A stretch of DNA of 64,000 nucleotides from Roseibacillus sp. (GTDB lineage: Bacteria; Verrucomicrobiota; Verrucomicrobiia; Verrucomicrobiales; Akkermansiaceae), in NCBI GenBank assembly GCA_051251855.1, contig JBPOGI010000002.1, positions 96,001 to 160,000 of the forward strand, read 5' to 3'. Below the pieces are notes generated by a model. The model worked only from the letters and a program-made list of their open reading frames with translations, searched no databases and was not told the origin of the DNA. Shown piece by piece: positions 10,391 to 20,832 of the stretch (position 1 is the stretch's first letter; every line of letters starts with the position of its first letter). The position numbers and the translations under genes are program-made.

Positions 10391-13300
10391 CGTTTCCAAA
10401 TGGTGGCGTCGAGGTTGAGAATGGTTTGGCAAATCACGGTAGTGGCGGCGAGTTGCGGGGCGGGAAGGTCTTTGTTGGCTGGGGTCTCACCAAGGGCGAT
10501 GAGCTTTTGGGCGGCATCGGGTTCGCTTTGGAAGCGGTCGAGTTGTTCTTGGTAAAGTTCTAACAGGACTTTTTCTTCTTCGGCGGAGGCGGGGCGACCG
10601 GCGAGGCGGATGAAGGCTTGGGCGATTTGTTCGGTAGGCTCTTGGTTGAGAATTTCCTCGGCGAGGTGGCGGGCCGCTTCGACGAATTGGACATCGTTGA
10701 GGAGGACGAGGGCTTGCAGGGGAGTGTTGGTGCGAGAGCGGGCGACGGCGCAGACTTCGCGGGTGCCGGCGTCGAAGGCGAGCATGTTCGGGAGGGGGGC
10801 GGTGCGCTTCCAGACGGAGTAGAGGGAGCGGCGGTGAAGGGATTGGCCAACGGATTGTTGGTAGGGAGGGGACATGCCGTTGGACTCGGTCCAGAGGTCT
10901 TCGCCGGGTTGGTAGGGGGAGACGGGCGGGCCACCGGCTTCGGGATTGAGGAGGCCGGAAGAGGCGAGGGCGAGGTCGCGGATTTGTTCGGCAGAAAGGC
11001 GGTGGGCGGGTCCGCGTGCGAGGAGACGGTTTTCAGGGTCGCGCTCGACGAGGTCGGGGCGGTGGCGGGAGTCTTGACCGTAGGTGGAGGAGAGGACGAT
11101 TTTTTTGCAGAGGGCCTTGATGTCCCATCCGCTGTTGACGAAGTCGCGTGAGAGCCAGTCGAGGAGTTCGGGATGACTGGGGAGGGCTCCTTGGAGACCG
11201 AAGTTCTCAGGAGTATCGATGAGTCCGACCCCAATGAAGCCTGCCCAAATACGGTTGACGAAGACGCGGGCGGTGAGGGGGTTGTCGGGGTGGACCGTCC
11301 ATTGCGCGAGTCCGGCACGGTCGCGGGGAGCGTCGGCGGGGAAGGGCATGAGTTCGGCAGGGGTGTTGCGGGTGACGAGTTTGTCGGGAGTCTTGGGAGC
11401 GCTGTATTCGCCGCGGTCGAGGATGTAGGCGGGGAGGGGTTTGGGGAGTTCTTCCATCACGGGGATTTCGGTGATGGGTTCTTCGGTTTGCACGAAGGCG
11501 TGGAGAGCTTTGTGAGCATGGGCGAGCGCGATGCGGGAGGGTTCGTGGAAGTGGTGGGTGAAGTATTCCTGGTAGTGGGCCTCGGTGGGAACGGGTGGAG
11601 GGGTTTCGGTGCAGAGTTCGGCAAGTTTGCTGATTTCGATCTGAGTGAGTGCGCGGTCGTAGTAGGCGAAGCTGTTGATGCGGCCTCCGGCGAGGCCGCG
11701 GTCGCGCCAGCGGGAACCGAGGCCGAATTTGCCGCCATGTTGGGTGGCGACGTTGGCGGACTTGACCTTGTTGTCGCGCAGGACTTTGGTGGCGAGTTCG
11801 ACGCCGTCGAGGTAGAGCTTGAGTCCGTTGGCTTGGTCGGAGGCGTCCCAAGTGGCGGTGAGGTGTTGGATGGTGCCGGTGGGCAAAGGTTCGAGGGTGC
11901 GCACACCCATGCCGTTGCCGGGCCAGACGCGGTAAAGGCGAGATTCGAGGTAGCCGTCTTCGAGGGTGAGGTCCCAACCATTGAAGCCGGCATCGGTGCC
12001 GCGGCTGTGGTGGGCGAGGACGGCTCGGGGGCCGGAAGTCTGGGTCTGATGGAGGGCGATTCCGATGGTGAAAGGGGTCCAGCGGTCGAAGGAGGGGATG
12101 CCGTGAAAGCTGAGGTAACGGTCGCCATCGAGGGCTACGGCGAGTTCGTCAGGTTTGGCAGGGTGGAAGTTTTCGAAGGGGAGAGGGGCGGCATTCCCGT
12201 GGTCTCCTTCGGAGAATTTTGCGACTTTGCTGTCGAGTTTTCCCTGGGTGAAGTCGAGGCCGACTTTGGGCATTTCCAATCCCACCTTTTGATAGATGGG
12301 AGTGTCGTTGTTGAGCCAGTTTTCAAATTCTTCGGCGCTGGCGGTGAGAGTGTCTTGATAGGTCTTTTGCGCTTGTTCGAAATTTTTCTTAGCTTGAGCG
12401 AGAGTGGATTCTTCTTCGCGAGTGGGCAGAAGGAGAGTAGGAGAGGGAACGCGGGCGGTGCGGTCATACATTCCGTTCTCGTCGATGGAATTGAAGAAGG
12501 CGAAGAGGGAGTAGTAATCCGTCATGGTGAGCGGATCGTATTTGTGGTCGTGGCAGCGGGTGCACTCGAAGGTGAGGCCGAGGACGGCGGTTCCGAAGGT
12601 GTGCACGCGGTCGGCGATGTTTTCAGTGCGCCACTCTTCGAAGATGGCGCCGCCTTCGTTGTTGAGGCGGTGGAGTCGGTTGAAGGCGGTGGCGAGTTTT
12701 TGCTCTCGAGTGGCTTCAGGCAGGAGGTCGCCGGCGATGTTCCAGGTGAGGAAATCGTTGTAGGGAAGGTTGTCGTTGAGAGCTTGCACGACCCAGTCGC
12801 GGTAAGGCCATTGGGTGTTGAGCTTGTCGGATTGAAGGCCGTAGGAGTCGGCATAGCGAGCGGCATCCAGCCAGCCGACGGCCATGTGTTCGCCATAGGC
12901 GGAAGAGTCTAACAGAAGGTCGACGGTGTCTTCTTTCGCTTTTTCGAAATCAGCGGAGGCGGCGTCGGAGAAGCGGGCGACCTCTTCTTCGGTGGGAGGA
13001 AGTCCGGTGAGGTCGAAGGTGACGCGGCGGAGCCAGCGGAGTGGGTCAGCGGTGGGAGAGGGGGTGACTTCCTCTTCCTCGAGGGTGGCGAGGATGAAGT
13101 TGTCGATGGAATTGTAGGGCCAGTCGTTGTCACTGACAGTTGGGACGTCGACTTTGGCGGGGAGGTTGTCGAAGGCCCAGTGCTTTTCGTAGGGAGCGCC
13201 TTGTTCGATCCATTGGCGGATGACTTCTTTCTCGTCGTCGGTCATGGCGAGGTGGGAGTCGGGTGGGGGCATCACTTCGTCGGGGTCGTCGGATTGGATG

Positions 13301-13539
13301 CGCTGCCAGGCGACGGATTGTTCAGCATCTCCAGCGACGATAGCGAAGCCGTCAGACTCGGTGAGGGCGGCGAAAGCGGAGGCAGCGTTGTCGAGCCGGA
13401 GACCGGCTCCATTTTCCTTTTCGTCAGGTCCGTGGCACAGGAAGCAATTGTCCGAGAGGATAGGACGGACGTCGTAGTTGTAGCTGACCTCGGCGGAGAG
13501 GAGTGGCAGGAACAGGAAGGGGAGAAGGGTGAGGCGCAT
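10387..13539 (-). CDS. PSD1/PSCyt2 (DUF1553/DUF1549) planctomycete cytochrome c protein with LamG-like insert
   Basis: VRPILSDNCFLCHGPD, WLDAARYADS, CTRCHDHKYDP, PSHPELLDWL, TNTPLQALVLLND. Confidence 0.92.
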
Positions 13540-13593
13540 GGTGGTGAAGTTGTCCGAGGGTTTTAGATACGGTCGTGTTTAGAGTGTTTTTTC

Positions 13594-13687
13594 GGACAGG
13601 ATGAACAGGATGAACAGGATTTTGCAGGATTTTGCAGGATTACGGTTCGGTGCTTTTTTGGGACGGAATTTACAGAATTAGGCAGAA
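13594..13687 (+). repeat. Short imperfect tandem repeat with CAGGAT core
   Basis: GGACAGGATGAACAGGATGAACAGGATTTTGCAGGATTTTGCAGGATTAC followed by GGACGGAATTTACAGAATTAGGCAGAA. Confidence 0.8.
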
Positions 13688-15670
13688 CTATTTTTGGCTG
13701 AATGGGCGTTGAGCGCGGATGGTGGCGGTGCCGATTTTGCCTGGGGTGCCTTCGGCGAGGGAGACTTCGATGGTGTTGTCAGCTTTGAGGTATTTGGGGT
13801 CGAGGGGAAAGACGCGGGTGGTGGCGTAGCCCCCTTTGGGGTTGGAGTTGCGGGTGATGCTGTCTGGAAGGTGGTCGGGGAGGAGCTTGCCGTTGATTTT
13901 TACGAGGAGGGACTTGTCGGCTTCGTGGGGGGTGGTGAATCCGATGCGTAGGGTGGCGGTGAGGATTTGGTCGGTGTTGGGGGTGGGGATTTGGATGGGG
14001 GTTCCGGAGTCGACGATGACTTGGTCGCCGTAGTGGACGGTTTCGTTGTGATGAGATTTTTCTTGGATGGGAGAAGCGTAGTCGGCGATGAAGATGAGGG
14101 TTTCGAGGGGGGCGAGAGGGGTGCTAGTAGATTCGGAGGGTTGTTCGCTGTAGTTGAGGGTGAGGTCGGGGTTGCGCCCGAGGCGGCGGAGGGTGAGTTT
14201 TTCGGGTTGGGGGAGTTCGAGGGAGAGGGTTTCGCTTTTCTCGGAAAAGTTGTGGGCGATGATGAAGAGTTGGTCGTCTTTGACGAAGCTGCGGCAGGCG
14301 ATGTCGGGGTCGTCGGAATGGGATAGTACGCGACGGCCATCGACTCCGGCGAAGAGGCGGTAGAAGTTTTGAAGTTCGGTGGGGACGAGCTTGCCGTCTT
14401 TCTGAAAGTCTTGGGGGGCGCAGAGGACGGCATAGTAGTAGGGGTCCCAGGCGGCAGCGTTGTGGAGGAGGAAGGGGACGGCCTTGAGGACGGTGTGGGG
14501 GTGCTCCATGTAGGTGACGATGTTGCCGATGATGGAGTTGAGGTGAATGAAGTCGTGCATGGAGCGGGCACGGAGGGCGTAGTCAAAGTCGCTTTCGTTT
14601 TCGCGAGGAAGGACGCGGCCTTGGGCGGCTTTCATGATGAGTTTGTGATTGCTATCGCCGTTGCCTCCGTTGGCGTAACCGCCTTGTTCGCTGATGACGA
14701 TTTGGCAGGGTTGGTCTTGGGTGAGGTGGGCGTAGTTGGGGACGAGGTCGAGGACGCCGTCGAGGGGGGCTCCGCTGAGGTGGTTGCCTTTGAATTGGTC
14801 GTCTTCCCAGCGGTAGTAGTCGTAGGTGTGGAAGGAGTAAAAGTCGAGTTGGTTGGCGGTGGCGTCCATGAAGGATTGGAGGCCGTTGAAGCTTTGGTAA
14901 TTGTTGCGGTAGAAGTAGCCGACGGCATTGCAGGGGCCGCCGACGAGGACTTCGGGGGTGGCGGCTTTGATGGCGTCTCGAACGGCGAGATGCCATTGGG
15001 CGGTTTGGTTGGATTGGGTGAGGAAGGACCAGTGGGGTTCGTTGATGGGTTCGAAGAAGCGGGGGCGGGTGAGGTCGGTGTAATTGTATTGGAAGACGGC
15101 GGCGGCGAGTTCGGCGGAGGCGGCGTGGTTGGCGGGGATGACTTTGGGGTGTTTGTTGGACTTCTCTTTTTTGACGGTATCGGTCATCCATTGCCCCATG
15201 AATTTGGGGTAAGCACCCGGGGAGCCGTGGGCGGCGACGTTGAGGTTGGGGGCGAAGTCTTGGGCGAGAGTAGGGTCGTCAGGTTGGGCCTTTTTGGCTA
15301 TTTGTTGTTTGAAATAGTCGAGGTCGATGAAGCCGGGACGGTTGAGGTCTTGGCGGACGGCTCGGGAGTAGTTGACGACGCTGCGGATGGGGCCGATTTC
15401 GCGTCCGAAGGAGATGTCGAGTTCGTTGACGAGGTGGTGGTAGTGCTCTTCGTCGACGCGTTTTGCGAAGCCTTTTCCGCTTTCGGCGAGGGCGAAGTAG
15501 CGTTGGCGTTCAAGTTGGCTATGGCCCTCGATGCTACGGGTGATTTCGGGGTTGATGGTGAGGAGCACGGTGGCGGAGGCTTTTGTGGTGGGAGCGGCGG
15601 TGGCGTCTTCCTGGCAGGAGGAGAGGGCAGCGGTGAGCAGCAGGCAAGCGAGGAAGAAGAGTGGTTTCAT
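13688..15670 (-). CDS. Lipoprotein clan GH-A glycoside hydrolase, beta-porphyranase/agarase (GH86)-like
   Basis: Lipobox LSSC; EPINEP (acid/base), LDFYSFHTYD, ISEQGG (nucleophile); C-terminal beta-sandwich; next to a sulfatase. Confidence 0.65.
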   Translation of the reverse strand: MKPLFFLACLLLTAALSSCQEDATAAPTTKASATVLLTINPEITRSIEGHSQLERQRYFALAESGKGFAKRVDEEHYHHLVNELDISFGREIGPIRSVVNYSRAVRQDLNRPGFIDLDYFKQQIAKKAQPDDPTLAQDFAPNLNVAAHGSPGAYPKFMGQWMTDTVKKEKSNKHPKVIPANHAASAELAAAVFQYNYTDLTRPRFFEPINEPHWSFLTQSNQTAQWHLAVRDAIKAATPEVLVGGPCNAVGYFYRNNYQSFNGLQSFMDATANQLDFYSFHTYDYYRWEDDQFKGNHLSGAPLDGVLDLVPNYAHLTQDQPCQIVISEQGGYANGGNGDSNHKLIMKAAQGRVLPRENESDFDYALRARSMHDFIHLNSIIGNIVTYMEHPHTVLKAVPFLLHNAAAWDPYYYAVLCAPQDFQKDGKLVPTELQNFYRLFAGVDGRRVLSHSDDPDIACRSFVKDDQLFIIAHNFSEKSETLSLELPQPEKLTLRRLGRNPDLTLNYSEQPSESTSTPLAPLETLIFIADYASPIQEKSHHNETVHYGDQVIVDSGTPIQIPTPNTDQILTATLRIGFTTPHEADKSLLVKINGKLLPDHLPDSITRNSNPKGGYATTRVFPLDPKYLKADNTIEVSLAEGTPGKIGTATIRAQRPFSQK

Positions 15671-15692
15671 GGTGGGTTGTTGGGGATGCCCA

Positions 15693-17303
15693 CTAGAGAC
15701 TGGATTCCCATTCGCCGAAGGTGCCGGGGAGGGTGTTGAGGGTCTCGCCGAGAAGGGTTTTCATTTCGGTGAGTTTCTCTGCGTGTTCGGTTTTGTTAGC
15801 GAGATTGGTGGTTTCGGTGGGGTCGTTAGTGAGGTGGTAGAGTTGGTCGGGGTCGAAGTAGTTGGGGAGGTAGGGAGGCTTGGCGGCCATGGTGAGGCGG
15901 ATGAGGAAGTTGCCGCCGGGAGGGCCTCCGACGTGGGAGGTTTTGGCAGAGGGATCGAACTTCCATTTGACCCAGGCGTGGTCGGCTTTGATTTTGGCGA
16001 GGGTTTCCTTTTGTTGGCGATGGCCTTCTTCGAGGGAGGGCACTTGGCTGGGAGGGAGGCGAAAGGCGAGGTATTTCCAGTCTTTGGTGACGATGGCACG
16101 GGTGAAGCCGATTTCGGCGTAGATAGCTTTACGCCATTCGATTTGTTCGCCGCGGAGGAGGGGGAGATAGCTTTGGCCGTCGAGGGGCATGTCGGGAAGG
16201 GGCTCGGCTTGGGCGGCGTCGAGGAAGGTGGGTGCGATGTCGACGTTGGAGATGAGTTCGTCGCAAACTTGGGGTTTGATGGTGCCGGGCCAGTAGGCGG
16301 AGGAGGGGGTGCGGAGAGCGCCTTGGTAGAGGGAGCTTTTGCTGGCGAGCTCCATGCCGTGGTCGTTGAAGTGGATGATGAGGGTGTCTTCGGCGAGGTC
16401 GAGGGATTCGATTTTTTGGATGATGGATCCGATGCCGGCGTCGAGCCAGCTGGCACCGGCGCTGTCGCGGGTGAGTCCGGCGGCTTCGGCTTGGGCGAAG
16501 AGGGTTTCGCGGGTGGGCATTTCGGCGTTGGGAGGTTCGGAGAGGAGGCCGAGGGGGGTGCTGCGGATGTCGGCTTCCATGCCTTCGACGGGGTCGGGGG
16601 AATGAGGGAGGGTGGTGGAAAAGTAGAGGAAGAAGGGGTTCTCTTGATTGGCTTCGATGAATTCAAGAGCGCCTTCGGTGACCCACTCCATGTTGTGATG
16701 GGCGAGGCCGGTGGCTTTGAGTTCTTTGGAGTCGAGGGGGTTGCCGGCGTAAGCGCGGGAGACGTGATCGAATCCGTGTTCGGCGAGTCCTTGGCAGAGG
16801 GCGGTTTGGTTGGCGGCGAGGATTTGGGCGATGGCGGGGTCGGTGGGATCGGAGCCTTTGGGGATGCTTTGCATTTTGCCATAGGAGCCGATGTGCCATT
16901 TGCCGATGAGGCCAGTGGTGTAGCCGGCGGCTTGGAGGGCTTTGGGGAGGTTGGGTCGCTCGGTTTCGAGGTGGGTATTGAAGTAGACGGGGCGGAGGCC
17001 TTCGGGGGTGATGTCGCGCAGGAGGGCGGGGGAGGTGCCGCGGCTGGGGTAGCGTCCGGTGATGCAGGCGTAGCGGCTGGGGGTGCAAACGGTGGTGCAG
17101 GTGTAGCTGTTGGCGAAGCGCGCGCCTTCGGTGGCCATGCGATCGAGGTGGGGAGTGAGCGCTTTTTGGCCGAGGTAGCCGAGGTCCTCGATGCGCTGAT
17201 CGTCGGTGATGATGAAGATCAGGTTGGGCTTGCGATCGACTGCAGAGAGGGGCAGCAGGGAGAGCAAGGTGAGGGCGAGAACTGTCAGGGTGGGGTGCGG
17301 CAT
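15693..17303 (-). CDS. Secreted S1 sulfatase
   Basis: KPNLIFIITDD, CTPSR formylglycine motif, GYTTGLIGKWH, FNDHG, QLYHLTNDPTETTNLA; ATG 17303 starts the signal peptide. Confidence 0.93.
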   Translation of the reverse strand: MPHPTLTVLALTLLSLLPLSAVDRKPNLIFIITDDQRIEDLGYLGQKALTPHLDRMATEGARFANSYTCTTVCTPSRYACITGRYPSRGTSPALLRDITPEGLRPVYFNTHLETERPNLPKALQAAGYTTGLIGKWHIGSYGKMQSIPKGSDPTDPAIAQILAANQTALCQGLAEHGFDHVSRAYAGNPLDSKELKATGLAHHNMEWVTEGALEFIEANQENPFFLYFSTTLPHSPDPVEGMEADIRSTPLGLLSEPPNAEMPTRETLFAQAEAAGLTRDSAGASWLDAGIGSIIQKIESLDLAEDTLIIHFNDHGMELASKSSLYQGALRTPSSAYWPGTIKPQVCDELISNVDIAPTFLDAAQAEPLPDMPLDGQSYLPLLRGEQIEWRKAIYAEIGFTRAIVTKDWKYLAFRLPPSQVPSLEEGHRQQKETLAKIKADHAWVKWKFDPSAKTSHVGGPPGGNFLIRLTMAAKPPYLPNYFDPDQLYHLTNDPTETTNLANKTEHAEKLTEMKTLLGETLNTLPGTFGEWESSL

Positions 17304-17434
17304 TCGTACTGGGAATGTATCGCGGGAGCGGGTTTTTCCCAGAAAAGGGGGAGAAAATCTTGTTGAGGTCCGTCCGTTGAGTGAGGAAGACAAGATTGTT
17401 GCGAGGAATGTTAAGTTTCGGCGTGGCGTCGGGG

Positions 17435-18493
17435 CTACTTGCGTTCGGTGGCCATCTTGAATTTGACGACGGCTTCGGCGACTGAGAAGGCGAGGCGGTC
17501 TTGGTAGTCGGGGCGCTTGATGAGGGCTCCCTCGGCTCGGTTGGAGAGGAAGCCGCCTTCGAGGAGGATGGCGGGGTGTTTGACGCCAGTGATGACGGAG
17601 TAGCGTGCGCGGCGAATACCTCGATCGCGTCTTCCAGTGTTCTTGATGACGGTGGAGTGGACGGCGGTGGCAAGGGCGATGTTGGCGCCGTCGTTGCTGT
17701 TGCCGGGTTTATCGAGAAGGTCGTCTAATTTGAGGCCGCGGCCATAATGGGCGACTCCTTTGGGAGAGAGGGTGAAGGTTTCGATGCCGTCGGCACGACC
17801 GCCGCCGCCGGAGTTGAAGTGGAGGGAGATGAAGATGGCGTTGGGGTATTGATTTGCGAAGTCGACGCGCTGTTGGAGGGTGAGATATTTGTCTTCGTCG
17901 CGAGTGAGGCCCACTTTGAAACCGCGTTTGCGGAGTTGGGTGGAGAGTTTGAGGGCGAGGCTGAGGGCGTGGTCTTTTTCGCGGCCGTTGCCGTGGGGGC
18001 TGGCGGCGCCGGGGTCGTGGCCGCCGTGACCAGCGTCGATGATGACGGTGTCGATGGGGGAGGGACTTTTGATGCGGTGAGGGCGGAGGACGGGGTCGAG
18101 GAGTTTAACGAGATCGATGCGGTGGACGAGGTAGCGGTCTCCGGAGCGTTTGATGGGAAAGGAGAAGACGAATTTGATTTCGTTCATCCAGACGTCTCGC
18201 TGGTCAATGAGGAACTCGAGGCGGACGTTGCTTTTTTCAAGAATGAGCTTGGTGCCCGAGGTTCGCATGGTGTCGAACTCGTAGAACTTTTTGATACTGC
18301 GGAGGGTGACGTAGTGTTCGCCGTCGATTTCTATGTTTTCCCAAGTGAACTGAGGCTCTTGAGTAGTCTCCTCTTTTTGAGTTGGCTTAACGGGCGTGTT
18401 GCGAGATTTTTGGTCTTGGCCATAGAAGAGGCCGAAGAGAAGTGAGCCGATTGCGAGGATTGCGAGAAGGGTGAGTTTGAGCGGCTTGTTCAT
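17435..18493 (-). CDS. N-acetylmuramoyl-L-alanine amidase (Amidase_3), paralog B
   Basis: IIDAGHGGHDPGA, GREKD, FISLHFNS, PAILLEGGFLSN zinc-amidase motifs. Confidence 0.92.
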   Translation of the reverse strand: MNKPLKLTLLAILAIGSLLFGLFYGQDQKSRNTPVKPTQKEETTQEPQFTWENIEIDGEHYVTLRSIKKFYEFDTMRTSGTKLILEKSNVRLEFLIDQRDVWMNEIKFVFSFPIKRSGDRYLVHRIDLVKLLDPVLRPHRIKSPSPIDTVIIDAGHGGHDPGAASPHGNGREKDHALSLALKLSTQLRKRGFKVGLTRDEDKYLTLQQRVDFANQYPNAIFISLHFNSGGGGRADGIETFTLSPKGVAHYGRGLKLDDLLDKPGNSNDGANIALATAVHSTVIKNTGRRDRGIRRARYSVITGVKHPAILLEGGFLSNRAEGALIKRPDYQDRLAFSVAEAVVKFKMATERK

Positions 18494-18553
18494 GGTGATT
18501 CGGCCGGTTCGGTGGGGCCGGTCACAGACCAGCGCTCCCAGTGACGGTCCCCG

Positions 18554-19549
18554 TTATTTACGCGGTGCGCGTTCGGTGGCCATCTTGTATTTGACGACGG
18601 CTTCGGCAATGGAGAAGGCGAGACGATCTTGGTAGTCGGAGCGCTTGATGTAGGCCCCTTCTGTTCGGTGGGAAAGGAAGCCGCCTTCGAGAAGGATGGC
18701 AGGGTGCTTGACGTTGGTGATGACGGAGTAGCGGGCCCGGCGGACGCCTCGGTCGCGACGGGCGGTGTTTTTGATGACGGTGGAGTGGATGGCGGTGGCA
18801 AGGGCGATGTTGGCGGAGTCGTTATTGTTACCGGGCTTTTCGCGAAAGTCGGAGGCTTTGAGCCCGCGTCCGTAGTGGGCGACGCCTTTGGGGGAGAGGG
18901 TGAAGGTCTCGATACCGTCGGCACGACCGCCGCCACCGGAGTTAAAGTGGAGGGAGATGAAGACGGCGTTGGGGTATTGGTTGGCGAAGTCGACGCGCTG
19001 CTGAAGGGTGAGATATTTGTCGGTGCTGCGAGTGAGGCCGACTTTGAAGCCGCGCTTGCGGAGTTGGGTGGAGAGCTTTTTAGCGAGGCTGAGGGTGTGG
19101 TCCTTTTCGCGTCCGTTGCCGTGAGGGCTGGTGGTGCCGGGGTCGTGTCCGCCGTGACCGGGGTCGATGATGACGGTGTCGATGCGGGCGGGGGTGCGAC
19201 CGATGTTGTGGGGCCTCATCACGGGGTCGAGAAGCTTGACGAGGTCGACGCGGTGCACGAGGTAGCGGCCGCCGGAGCGCTTGATGGGGAAGGAGAAAAC
19301 GAATTTGATCTTATTCATCCAAACGTCTTGTTGTCCGACGAGGAATTCGACGCGGACGTTGCTCTTTTCGAGGATGAGCTTGGAGCCGGAGGTGCGCATG
19401 GTGGAGAAGCCATAGAACTTCTTGATGCTGCGAACGGTGACGTAGTTTTCCTTGCCGACGACAACATTTTCCCAAGCTTCGGTGCTCTGCGCGGGTGAGA
19501 GGGGCGCGAGGAGTAGAAGTAAGAAAAGGGGGAGGAAACGGCGAATCAT
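18554..19549 (-). CDS. N-acetylmuramoyl-L-alanine amidase (Amidase_3), paralog A
   Basis: IIDPGHGGHDPG, FISLHFNS, PAILLEGGFLS; signal peptide from ATG 19549. Confidence 0.92.
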   Translation of the reverse strand: MIRRFLPLFLLLLLAPLSPAQSTEAWENVVVGKENYVTVRSIKKFYGFSTMRTSGSKLILEKSNVRVEFLVGQQDVWMNKIKFVFSFPIKRSGGRYLVHRVDLVKLLDPVMRPHNIGRTPARIDTVIIDPGHGGHDPGTTSPHGNGREKDHTLSLAKKLSTQLRKRGFKVGLTRSTDKYLTLQQRVDFANQYPNAVFISLHFNSGGGGRADGIETFTLSPKGVAHYGRGLKASDFREKPGNNNDSANIALATAIHSTVIKNTARRDRGVRRARYSVITNVKHPAILLEGGFLSHRTEGAYIKRSDYQDRLAFSIAEAVVKYKMATERAPRK

Positions 19550-19661
19550 GGTGATCAGGTGAGCGGAGCTTATCAATAAGCTGACAGAGTTCAATTTCAG
19601 AATCGGTCAGGAAGGGAGTTTTGGGATTTGTCGGCGGGAGCTGGAAGGGTTAGCAGAGGGG

Positions 19662-20513
19662 ATGGAAATTTCATTGGCTGGAGAGTATAAGGCAACATGG
19701 GGTGAAGGGCCGATTTGGTGGCAGGGTGTTCTCTATTATGTCGATATTGAGGGGCATTGCGTGATTCGGTTCGATCCGAAGTCGGGTGAGGAGACGATTT
19801 TGGCCGTGGGAGAGCGCGTGGGCACGGTGGTTCCGCGCTTGCGGGGTGGGTTGGTGATTGCGGGGGACACGGGTTTTCACCTCCTTGATGAAGATGGGAC
19901 GATGAAGCCGGTGGTGGATCCGGAGATGGAGAAGGGAGATAATCGTTTCAATGATGGCAAGTGTTCGCCAGATGGACGGTTTTTTGCGGGGACGATTTCT
20001 TTGGTCAAGAAAGAGGGGGACGCTTCGTTGTATGAGCTGAAGCCGGGACTGGGAGTGCGGGAGGTCTTTGGAGGGGTGACGAATTCGAATGGAATCGCGT
20101 GGAGCCCGGATGGGACGCGGGTTTACTATATCGATACGCCGAGGAAAGAGATTTGGGGCTTTGACTATGATGCGGAGACGGGGGATTGGAGCAATCGAGC
20201 GGTAGTGGTGAGCACGGCGCATATTGATTCGTCACCAGATGGAATGACGATGGATGCGGAGGGCAAGGTGTGGGTGGCGTTTTGCCATGGAGGTTGCGTG
20301 GCGCGCTTCGATGTCGAGACGGGTGAGGAGTTGCAACGCGTGGGGTTGCCATGTGTGGAGACGACGGCTTGCGCGTGGGGCGGGGAGAATTTGGATGAGC
20401 TGTATGTGACGACGGGGGTCCACAAGAGCATTGTTGAGGAAGATGCGGGGAGGCTGTTTGTGGTGAAGGGTTTGGGAGTGAAGGGGCTTCCTGCGAATGG
20501 GTTTGGGGGGTGA
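19662..20513 (+). CDS. SMP-30/gluconolactonase/LRE family protein
   Basis: WGEGPIW, RFNDGKCSPDGR, SNGIAWSPDG, PDGMTMDAEG, CAWGG..LYVTT. Confidence 0.93.
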   Translation: MEISLAGEYKATWGEGPIWWQGVLYYVDIEGHCVIRFDPKSGEETILAVGERVGTVVPRLRGGLVIAGDTGFHLLDEDGTMKPVVDPEMEKGDNRFNDGKCSPDGRFFAGTISLVKKEGDASLYELKPGLGVREVFGGVTNSNGIAWSPDGTRVYYIDTPRKEIWGFDYDAETGDWSNRAVVVSTAHIDSSPDGMTMDAEGKVWVAFCHGGCVARFDVETGEELQRVGLPCVETTACAWGGENLDELYVTTGVHKSIVEEDAGRLFVVKGLGVKGLPANGFGG

Positions 20514-20545
20514 TTCGAGGGCTCTGGGGTCGAGGGAGGATCTGC

Positions 20546-20782
20546 GAGGCCTTGAAAAACTGAATGTTCAAAAACTGAAAAATCAAAGAAGAAACCTCGA
20601 TTTCAGAGTTTCAGCCTTGTTTCTCAGTCTTCGCTGACTCTGCGGCTTCACTTTTTTACAATTCGACGTTTCTTAGCTGAAGACGACGCGACTATTTTTT
20701 GCGGCCAACCAAGCAACCCCTCTTACTTCGAATGCTCAATTTTGGTTTTTGAGTTCTTGGATATTCAGTTTTTCAAGGTCTC
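20546..20782. mobile_element. MITE-like element with 42 bp imperfect terminal inverted repeats
   Basis: 20546-20587 matches the reverse complement of 20741-20782 at 36/42 positions (hand count). Confidence 0.7.
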
Positions 20783-20832
20783 AGCGACTCACCCTTTGCT
20801 CGATGGCGTGGATTGTTGATGAGGGCTTTGGG

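Noticed and set aside
11173..17366. Long plus-strand ORFs (579, 456 and 611 aa) and similar antisense ORFs across the window
   Set aside because: Shadow frames opposite well-supported genes, produced by strong codon bias; no recognisable motifs
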